Positions 12,307 to 22,658 of a stretch of 64,000 nucleotides of DNA are shown one piece after another. The stretch comes from Trichosphaerium sp. ATCC 40318. Lineage: Eukaryota; Protista; Tubulinea. The notes beneath the pieces were generated by a model, which worked only from the letters and a program-made list of their open reading frames with translations, had not been told where the DNA came from and did no database searches. The stretch's first letter is position 1. Each line of letters begins with the position of its first letter. The position numbers and the translations under genes were made by a program. The DNA lies in contig JALMLS010000216.1 of the NCBI GenBank assembly GCA_038496445.1, forward strand, positions 594,144 to 658,143, given 5' to 3'.

Positions 12307-13685
12307 TTATAAAGCTTGTATTGGTTTTGTTAATTTCAATTCTTCTTTTTTAACAACCCAAAGCATAGCGTTCTTTAATAACGGCGCAAGCTCCATCGAG
12401 GAGTCTAATAAACGTGTTAAACAAACCTCTTTCTTGTTTCGCGCTCAAAAAAATAAAACAGAAAAAACCGATCTTAGATATTTCGTACTTTCTGGGTGAG
12501 GACCTATGCCAAGTACTCTACCTTTACCAAGCGTTCCGCAAGCTCCTGCACCAGTACCGACCATCTTTAACAACTTTGTTAAAACAAAACTACAAGGTCA
12601 ATGTAACGGTACCAGTCCGTATTTTTTTGTGCCAATTTCTTCTTCATAGGTGAATAATACATCAGCCGCTGGAACCTTTTCGCCTATTTCATTATCCAGA
12701 GCCGTTAGTGATTTATTATGTATAGTTATAAGTAAGCGTACTCTTTACAGGTTCATAAAGAACGCCTCCTCGAAAGAAAACCTTGAAATCACTATACCAA
12801 TCGCCCAATATTTCTTTTCCTTTTGGTGTCATTCTTACCTTGATGTCGCCTATGCCGCGATCCCAATGCTCGCTATCGACTGTCCTAAATCATTATCAAA
12901 TGATAAACAACTGTAAAAAAGAACAACAGTGAGAGTTGAAAGTAAGAAACAAAACAGCAAAAAAGCAGATGCAGCTAAACTCACGTTGCTCCCAGGAAAT
13001 GTCCATATGGCTAAACTTGATCTTTAGTATAAACCACCACTCATTAATATATTTTTGTGCCTTTTAGACTAAGAAACGTACCTCAGAAGCTAACCAAGCA
13101 CCTAAAATTAAAAGTTTAGAAAATACAGATTTTTTTCGAGCTTTCGTGTCGTACCACAACACGTGCCCAGAAATCCGCCTCCATTTTTGATAAAGTTGCG
13201 TACAGCTTTAATACCCTTTGGAGCTGACAAAGCGTTATGATATACATTACTACAGGATCAAGCGTACTCAATTTTTCTGTAACGTCCCATATTATGCCTC
13301 CTGGAAAGATAACAGCATCATAGCTTTCATTTGTAAGTTTTCCACTCTGAAAGTCCTCTGGGCCAAGCTAAGCATGCGGTTAAAGAGATTTGGGCTGTTA
13401 TTGTCATACTTTCTCAATGTAGAACATGTCTTGGAGGCGAATAGCGAAATTATTAAATCTGAAGCTTGTCAACGCGGTTTTACTACGTGTCCAGCGCACC
13501 TAGTTGCTTTGTTTTCAATTCTATCGAAATAGAAGGCAATTCTGTAGTTTAGTGAGTATTGAGTGCTAATAATACAGCAATTACTTGGCTACCGCGGTTT
13601 CCTTATCGCCAACTGAATCACTATTTTTGTTCTTGCCTGTGAGCCTATTCGCCCACATTGAAAGCTCACTACCCTCTGCAAACAT
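12307..13685 (-). CDS. Stand-alone BPL_N (biotin-protein ligase N-terminal, class I glutamine amidotransferase-like) domain protein, spliced
   Basis: Not shown in the ORF track. Minus-strand exons give YDAVIFPGG, GIKAVRNFIKNGGGFLGTCCGAWLA and GKGRVLGIGPHPES, the BPL_N/GATase1 signature. The start is approximate. Confidence 0.8.
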
Positions 13686-14024
13686 ATCGGAGAACGATTC
13701 GTGTTGTTTCAAAGCGTATTGTTTGCGTTAAAACCAGTTCAATGAAAAGCTGCTTGTTTGGCGTGTCGTAGAGCGATTTATACTCTCACAACACCCTGAA
13801 TACACGGAAAAACAATTTGACGTTTCGGTAAAAAGCTAATTGACATTTTGTTGACTGACACTCTTAAATCCAACTATTACTCGCCCCAAAACAGCTAGCT
13901 ATAGGTTTATAATGTTATGTATAAACAAGTACAATTAAGACAAAAGGGCCCTCAAACGCGCGTACCGCGAAGCGATGGTATCACAGATGCAATGCGTAGT
14001 TAATAACTGGTAATAGGAGCGTCT

Positions 14025-17000
14025 ATGCTATACCCAAAATCTACAGCGTCAATTAGCGAAGTAATTGCCGCTCAGGCATTCGGTAACAACCGCGTCACGG
14101 TAGTGGGCATTATTGGAAATTCTACCAGAGGCAAAACTACATTAGCCAACAGACTTGTTGACAGGCCAGTCTTTGAGGTAAATACGCTAATCAACGCTAA
14201 AATAAATAACTATCAATACAGCCTCTACTGTTAAACGATGAAACAATCCCAAGCGGTAATCACGACGCTTTTAATGGCGCCAGAGATGTACGTTAACCTT
14301 TTTGGATTGTTTAACAAGCAAACAACATCAAAACAAGCCTTAGTGCATCTCGCTGTACCCTAAAACCTGTTGCTAGTGTAAAATAGACATGTACCACGAC
14401 GAAGAGACTAACATCCTTTATCTTAACTTTGCGTCCCTCCGGGATGCGTCGGTGCTTTCTAACATGTGCGATACGTTAGAATCAAATATGTCCAAGCAGG
14501 TGTGTTACCCTACTGCGTCTCAAAACAAAGGAGAAGCGCGAAACAACTGATTTATTTTTTTCAAAGGAACTTCATCGTTGGTTCGAAAACGAAGAATATG
14601 GGCATCTAAAAGCAACGCTATACCTTTTCTTAGTTTGTCATATCATGCTAGTACGTCTACATCAACTTTAAATAGTTGTCCATAGACGTTGTGACTCACA
14701 AAAAATTAATAGATTTCTCACCCATCTCATACTTTTGATATCTCTTATTTACGTATTTTTCGAATACTAAGAGTAGTTAAAAATACAATGACGCCTAGTA
14801 TGATGACTCACTTAAGCTCTGCACTTCATCGTCTATCTGATTTTAAGGTTTCTTCAAGCTTTTCTCCAGGTAGATGTATGCCTGTTTTGACGTTTGTCTT
14901 CGATGATGTACGCATTTACACCAACCTAAACTCCTTTATTGCATGGTTAACACTTCTGTTTAGACTTTGCTACAACCGCATTATAATTCTTCCAAGTCCA
15001 AGGACAATAGATCTCATAGAGGACATAATAGAGTAATATTGTTGTTTTTGAAATGAAAAGCTAATTCTGTTTCAGACAGGTCAAGCTAAGCTTGTGCATT
15101 CACTAGAAAGTCAAATACGTATACTGTTGCGCCAATGTCAGCCATCAGATACTCATATAAGGTAAGATACAATGGTTAAAAGAGAACTTCTAACGAAGAT
15201 TATAGTAGTCAGTTATTCACAATTGAAGGCAATCATATGGTGCACCTTGTTTCATACCCAGACAAAGAACAGGACTTATCACATCATTTATTACATTGGA
15301 GTGATAATGATATAACTATACCTGTTGAAAGACCAGGAAATTCGCGTCACTACAGTGGTACTAAACTCGATTTTTTCTCGTATAACCACATGAAGTTTTT
15401 TGTTATTTTACTCATGAAATGACGATAGGCGTTGCTTCGCTTCGTGAGTGGATATACAGTAAGTCAAAGCAGTTCTATAGCCAGCATCAAAGCGCTATGA
15501 ATAAGCGTCCAGACGCTAGAAAGGTACTGAAAGTGAACTCGATCTCATCTTTTCTTGTTCTCTTATCTTGTTCAAAAGGGTGGTCTGTTTATACTCCCAA
15601 CGTCACGCACATGGTTTTCTGCTGCTAGTGCTTTACAAGATTATTTCTCAGCATCTAAACAGCGATCACGAAATGGTGTAGAAAAACTGAAAGAGTTCCT
15701 TGACCCGAACTTTCGGTTCAGCCAAGAGTAAGCGTGACTACCTCAATGTCTAAACATTTTGATCTCAACTCATTACTAGACGGTGTCATGATTCAATAGG
15801 AAAGGCAAGAGAAGTATATTTCGATAAGATACCAAATTCTTACACCAGTAGAGAGCATTTTGAGAGGGTAAGTTCAGACAGTTTTGTAATTCTTTCAATT
15901 TTTTTTAATTCATTTTCTTTGAATAGTTAAGTCGTGCTCGTACACAGCTAAATAGTCTGTGTGTTGGTATTGCAAGGCAAGGTTATTGGAAAAAGTTAGA
16001 ACAAGAATGTACAGAGTACTGGAGGGATAGTAGGCAATGTTGTGATGCGGTATCACTTACGTGTAGGCCATGCAAGAATAAGGTACTTAACCTCCAATTG
16101 AAGGACACTTTTGTCGGTTTAACACTTACATCGCTCCTTTCTTACCACATTTAGGTGTCTCCAGCAGTAGTTAAAGACTCCAAAGACGCAAGGTACAACA
16201 ATAAAGCCGATTCCGCGAGTTTTCTTCAACAGTTTTGTCAATGTATTGAGTTTTACGTTTAGGCGACCTACATTGAAATGTAGTACCCAATGCGACTCAG
16301 GATATCGGGCTTTGCACGCTTCGAATGATGGATTCCAACGTAAACTTCGTCAAGACCCATTTGACTTGAAGGAGGCAAACTATACTTTTTTCCGAATGGA
16401 CTCATCAATGAAGCATCCTGAACTTGCATTTATGCCTGCTTTGGCTTCAAATGACAATCAATTCCCATCTTGGGCTCTAACATTCCTTGGCCCGGCTTCT
16501 CAATACACTCATGAGCGTGGCTTAGAACAGGTAATAGTTGATACGTAATACAGAAGACTAACAATTTTCTAGGATGGTTTCATCTCAGGCTGGAATTTTA
16601 TGTTGCCGTGGGATGTGCCTTTGCCGAAGTCATTAGTAGAGACGAAGTCTAAGACTAAGGATTATAAAAACAAGGCAGCGATAGCTTCCGCACCAGCTGC
16701 TTTTTCAGAAGAGGACTTCCCTGCACTCGGCGCAGTGGTCGCACAAAAGAAAGAACCCAAACGAAGAAGAACCGATGATTGGTAATTAAGCCTCTTTAAT
16801 ATCTCTAGTGAATTGATCATAACGTGTTTAAATAGGAAAATCCATGATACTGTTAAGAACTTGAGACATTATAGAGATGATATTATTAGAGTTGATAGCA
16901 AACTTTGGTCCGCGCGAAGTGATATTGGTGATTCTCGCAGCGCGTGTTTGTTTTTTCTTCTTTTTTTCTTTTTTTTTTCTTTGTTTATGAAATCCCATGC

Positions 17001-17847
17001 TCTGTTTCTCGTGTATTTACTTGGTTTTTCAGGTGATAATAAGAGAGATAGAGGAAGATTTAATAGACGTTCTAATGACGGTAATAAAAGAAAAAAGAAA
17101 GACAGATACAATAAGAAAACACCTTCAACTTCTATGACTATAAACCTTGATGAAATGTTAAAAATTGGAAGTTCTGATAGTAAACGTGTGTATATTGGTA
17201 TTGAATATGAGTGTCCTAATGGCCAGAGATTCTTCTTACAGAAAGATCTGGTTGCACAACATTTACCACACGCGTTCAAGGTACGGTCTTTTGATCCGTC
17301 AACGAACAATACTTCAATTTTTTTTGGCTGACTCTTATGTAATAGAATGGTCAACTCGTAATGCCTGTACTCCTTGGATCAGAGATTCCTTTGTTTTTGA
17401 CTAGTCCAGCAAGCAAAAAGAGTAATAAGCTTGGAGATGGTAAATCATTAGGGCAACTTATGCGTATTTTCATCGCAACACCTAACTGTCCATTTCAGTT
17501 CTTGCTTAATCCAAAAGTCACTGTACGATTTTTGTACTTTCGATCATTAAGGAGTTGTTACTTATCTCTTGGGTTTTTAGTGGAAGCGCCTTGGGACAGA
17601 AGATAAAATAACCTTTGAAGTACCTCAACAACAAGTTGTGCTACCTTGTGGATCATTAGTCGTCCTGAGATTACCGTACACAGAAAACCATTTGTACACC
17701 TTTTTTTTTTGACTTGTAATCTTTAGGTACCTTTTCAACAAAAAGGACTTGGTGCTTAGTCATGCGTCTTTGCCTACGCATATAGCTTACTTGAACCCTT
17801 TCTTTATACATCTTCGGAGTACACGCAGGAGAAACAAAGTTTCTTAG
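14025..17847 (+). CDS. SMG8: Nonsense-mediated decay factor SMG8, spliced
   Basis: VVGIIG..GKTTLANRL, LFLVCHI, PGRCMPVLTFVF, LESQIR, RQCCDAVSLTCRPC, RQDPFDLKEANYTFF, GLEQDGF...NFMLPWDV, YIGIEYECPNGQRF, QLMRIFI and LRLPY are present. Confidence 0.9.
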
Positions 17848-18509
17848 GGTACCCTATTATGTCTGTCAAAAAATCTAATGCTTTATTTATAGATTAACAC
17901 TTTTTGAATGAAAAAACCTCCTATGATCAGAGACGCGTCTAGATTAACAGCAAAGAAGTTTATCCATAAATAATATGGCGCTAGCAATCAAAGCATCCCA
18001 TTGATGGGATCGCTTAGTATTAACATGTGGAGCTTGTAACACCCCACCGACTGGAGTGGAAAATCAAAAAACACAAGCATGATGAAAGAAAAAAAAACAA
18101 AAACATAAAACCTCAACAGTTTCTATTGACTCCTCCTTTGGTTTTGTTTTTTTTTATCTTCAATAATCATAAAACTGCACGTGTTCCTTTATGGAAGTTC
18201 AATATTATCACAGTGGATCTAAATATTTGTAAAGGAAGTATCAATCGAGGTTAAAACTTTGAAGTTCTCAAAAAAAAAAAAAAAGCCGAAAGATTGTTTT
18301 GACTTATTCGGACTGTTATGTTACTCACTATACCCGATATCTTTTTTTTTATCATCTCCGCGGCTTATCGAACACCTTTAGCAAATACCTAGCGATACTT
18401 GCGTTACAGTACTTCGTTATCTAGGATATAAATCTGAAGTGAAAAAAAAAATACTAAAATCATGACAGACGGAACTCAAAACGTGGAGATTTCAATACGT
18501 CTGCAACGC

Positions 18510-19114
18510 ATGGGTAAAACTCAAAGTAGATCACTTATTCTTGGTCTTGATGGAGCAGGAAAGACAACAATATTAACTAGATTAAGAGGTATAACTGGTG
18601 TACACTCTAATCCTACAGAAATATACGAAACGCATAACGTTAAGCGGAGAGGTCTTAAAACAGAATTCTGGGATGTTAGTGGTCATAGATCAAAGAGAAC
18701 GCTTTGGCCTTATTATTATCAAGGTACAAGAACACCTCAGGTTATTATATGGGTAGTTGACGCGTCAGATGCATCAAGGCACGTTTTTTTTTGTCAGAAA
18801 CACGTGATATTTAGAAAAATAACTTACTCGCTCGTAGGCTTCCTGAAGGTAAGAGAGAGCTTCATAGAGTATGTAAAGATAAGGCATTACAAGACGCAAT
18901 TATATTGGTTTTATTGAACAAGTGTGATTTACCTCATGCAAGGTCTGCTTGTTTTATAGCTGCCGGATTGGACCTGCAATCAATTAAACAGACATTATAT
19001 TGTAAAAAGTTATCTGCAACTACTGGGTTTAACTATAAACAGACAAAGAAATGCTTGTATAAAATACTAAGGCAACTGCGTGGTGTAAAAGACTTTGACG
19101 AGTACTACGATTAA
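18510..19114 (+). CDS. Arf/Arl-family small GTPase, one GC-AG intron (18779-18837)
   Basis: GLDGAGKTT, WDVSG, LWPYYY, WVVDASD, NKCD and SA motifs. The ATG at 18510 gives a myristoylation-type start MGKTQS. An in-frame upstream ATG exists at 18462. Confidence 0.88.
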
Positions 19115-19570
19115 GAACAAACAAAAAACTAACAGAAATTCCTATTTCGAAAAAAAATGAGATAATAAACCATACTCCCTTTTGTACAATATCATAATAG
19201 TGCGTTTTCTGTTATGTACTCATAATTAGTTGAATCTTGGAGCTTCCAAAATCCATATTTTTGAACGGTTTTTTATTTACTCTTGAAGCACGAACTATCG
19301 AATCTAAGTTGGTTCACACTCAATTCTTACGCGTAGAGACTGCTGTGGTATATATTAGGACTGAGTTAATACAGGTTAAAGGAAATTGAATTTTCCCATT
19401 TTAGCGCCGTTATTTGCCATCTCTAACATACACTACTTCATTAAAACTAGTTTTTCCCCTATGGTGATAAGGGCTAAACGTACAACAAGTCAAATAAGGC
19501 AAGACGCTTTACCAAAATGGAAAGTTTCGATTTTTAGCGTTGTGGAGGAATTAACCATAATTATTACGCA

Positions 19571-20389
19571 ATGCTATTAAACGCAAGAATTCTAGCATTA
19601 GTGGCCTTCATTGTATTATGCGGCGCGTATTCAGCGTCTAGACCAGATAATTTTCAATGCCGCACTAGAAATGTACTAGTTTCAAACCGTGCATCTGTGT
19701 ACGCTGCTGAAAAAGCAGTACATGGTCTTGTTTACAGCGTCTATAAGATGAACCGTAAAGCCGTAGCAAGAAACCCTACAGGCTATAAACTGGGCCAAAA
19801 ACTATGGAGCTACTTCATGCACAACAATGCGAACAAAAGGGCGTGTAGCACAGCAAGGTATTTCATGACTGAAGCCGAGACGAAGCAAGTACTACAAGAA
19901 GCCACCTCAGATACATCTAAGCTACGTTTGAACCTTCAAAACATGAAAACAGCAACTATAAGATCGAATGGCAAATGGGCTTTTTCATCTCGACCAATGA
20001 CTCTCGGTGCCTATGCAAAGTACTTAAAACCAGGTCGATGGCGCGTAGGGTCTCGTTTTATGGGTTGGGCAAAGGGCAGCGAAACAAATCTACACGGAAT
20101 GGATATTCATATTTTGCCTAACGGTGTCATTACCAAGAAAGCTGATGGGTCTTGGTTCTTCACTGGTCATGTATCTGCTAATGATTGGTTTGATCTAGAC
20201 TTTAAAAAAAGAGGATCCAGGACACTTGAGGGTGAGATTGGAACAAGACTTTTCAGTCTTGTACAAGGTAACGGTTTTGATGTAGCAGGCGCTGGTTTAT
20301 GTGTTATGTACATACCTGGCCAATACGCATTGTACTTTAAGAGGGATTACCCATCAATTAGGTGTTTAAACCCAGGAACAAGATATTAA
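19571..20389 (+). CDS. Secreted protein with colicin M-like (lipid II phosphoesterase-like) C-terminal domain, intronless
   Basis: Hydrophobic signal peptide (aa 1-21). Residues ~155-240 (GVITKKADGSWFFTGHVSANDWFDLD...RTLEGEIGTRL...GNGFDV) follow the colicin M catalytic-domain pattern as I recall it. Confidence 0.75.
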   Translation: MLLNARILALVAFIVLCGAYSASRPDNFQCRTRNVLVSNRASVYAAEKAVHGLVYSVYKMNRKAVARNPTGYKLGQKLWSYFMHNNANKRACSTARYFMTEAETKQVLQEATSDTSKLRLNLQNMKTATIRSNGKWAFSSRPMTLGAYAKYLKPGRWRVGSRFMGWAKGSETNLHGMDIHILPNGVITKKADGSWFFTGHVSANDWFDLDFKKRGSRTLEGEIGTRLFSLVQGNGFDVAGAGLCVMYIPGQYALYFKRDYPSIRCLNPGTRY

Positions 20390-20574
20390 ATAAAGAATAG
20401 GTTTTTTGTGAAAGACAGTACCGTCTATGGGTTACCAATTTACCTGCTGACACGCGGCGCTTCCTTTTATCATTGTATAGCGTAAGTACTTGTGTTAGTA
20501 CATTCTCAAGGATTGTCAACGACATTATTTGTTTCATAGCTTAAATACTACAAGGACAGTTTCTATTGGAACGT

Positions 20575-22580
20575 ATGAGTATGTTGTCGCATAGGGCGTT
20601 AAATGTGACACAAGCTAAAGCTATGCGCGCCAAAAGGCCACAAGTGGCCGTATCTACGCTCGAGGCGCATAAATCGGTGCTTGTTAATGTAATAGCACCG
20701 AAACTGCAGTATAAAGTAATGGCGGATTGGTTTAAACTTACAAAAAAGCAATTAAAAGCTCAAGGATGGCTTGGGATGTTGAAACAGTAAGTTTGGCACT
20801 AATTTCACAGTTTGACATTTTAACTTGGTTTAGATATAACGAATCTATCGTTTACACTCTAGAATGTATATTCCCAGAGCATGAATGGCCTCCATGGAAG
20901 TTTGCGTGCGTTTCATTAAATTCACCCTACAATTACAAACAGTGCCCTAGAATAACAAAAAAGGAGTATTTGGCTACGAAAAAGCAGCGTCGTGAGCTTT
21001 TTAATGATGTTGCTAAAGAGCTCAACATAAAAATTCTTGATGATTGGCACAATTTCAGTTATAAATCTCTTGTTGTCAATGGTGGTTGTACTCTTATGGT
21101 AAACGAGTACGCAAGCCTCCTAAGGCTGAATGTACTATGAGCGGTTATGGTTATACGTATAATAGGTTCCGTGGATCTCTCCACCAAGCACTGAAGACAC
21201 TTTATTCATCATTTGATTGGGATGTGTCACGTTTTCCGTAAGTATTTTTTTTCTTTGCATAGACGTCATTCTTTGTTTTTTAGAGGATCGCCACGTGATT
21301 ATTGGGATGATGTTAATCGCCAAAGGAAACTATTAGAGTCTAAAAGTGAGATTATGAAGGTTAAAACAGTTGATGATTTTCATGATATTGGAAGTAGAAC
21401 TGCTTGTAGTATTGTAAGCTGTATTATGTACAAGTACGTATGTTACCTAATTATGCCTGTCTAACATGTATTAAGACATGGAAACTCTTTATTTAAAGCA
21501 CTTAAAGCTATGTATCCTGGATATGAGTGGCAAGAAAGTAGATTAAGCCCGAGGTAACTTTTTTTTTTATCATTATTTTTATCTTCAGTATTGATGGGTG
21601 TCTTGTAGGACTCCGAGGCTTCTTCCTTTTCGCCACTGGCATTCTAGTGAAAACGTTTTAACTTTTTTAAAGTCTATGGAAGTTAATATGAATATAACAA
21701 ATCCATACGAATGGTAAGACCAAAACGGGAACACAAACAATATCGGTTTTTTTTTGTTTATTTATTTCAAGGTATCGTGTGTCAACAGACCAAATAAAGC
21801 ATAAGGGAGGTAAAGGGTTACTGAAGTACTACCCTGGAGTATTGAATATGTTATATCCTGATACACATTGGAAATGGAGTAAATTCCCGCACATGGGCAA
21901 GAAATCAATACAAAAGTTAGTAATCATTGTATAACCAATTTAAATCTAATTTCTCTTTAGTGCACTCAAAGAGGCTGCCTCAAAGATATTTGTTGGCCTT
22001 AAGCTAGAAGAAGAGTATATAATTGGAATGAGAGATAGTAACGGGCTACCTCTTTCTGTAGATATATTCGTTCCATCATGCAATCTTGCGCTTGAATATC
22101 AAGGTAACTTCACTGCTTTTTGACTTTAAACCTCAATTACTCTAGGCGAGCACCACTACCATGATGTAGTGTCTTTTGGTTCTCCTTCTGTAGTATATAG
22201 AACACGTGATAGCGAGAAATACTTACAATGTCGTCATTTGGGTACGAAGAACACATCTCGTCATTTCAGCTAACATTTAAAACAAGGTATAAAACTGGTA
22301 GATATTCCTTATTGGTGGAAAGGTGACATACAGAGTATTGTAGATATAATAGCCAAGAGCCATCCAGGTATAGTAAGTGCTATTTCATCGACTGTCAACA
22401 ACAGTGAACCAATAACAGAGTTGACAAGTGCTGGGTTTGATGCACACGAAGGTACGACTTTTATTGCTGTTTTGAACACTCTGTATACATTTTCTAAAAA
22501 TTATAGCTGCCCTTGGATCTAGTATTATGTCTCCTGTAAGGAATGCCACATATACTACGTTTTCTGTCAAATCGGCGTAA
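20575..22580 (+). CDS. Protein with tandem helical 'DW..GG..L..Y..S..YP..W' repeats and a C-terminal PD-(D/E)XK-like (DUF559/RAP-like) domain, spliced
   Basis: Repeats such as DWFKLT..LKAQGWLGML, IFPEHEWPPWKF, MYPGYEW and LYPDTHWKWSKF. C-terminus reads LSVDIFVPSCNLALEYQGEHHY...RDSEK...GIKLVDIPYWW. The start is approximate. Confidence 0.7.
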
Positions 22581-22658
22581 ACTAGAAATGTAACAGACTG
22601 ACGTTGGCTGAATTTGGGCAGACTTATTTGCTGACTTAACCATTAACGAACTTTTCAA

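Noticed and set aside
17992-18013. Hairpin GCATCCCATTGATGGGATCGC downstream of SMG8
   Set aside because: A single short stem with no other support. Bacterial-style terminators are not relevant in this genome.
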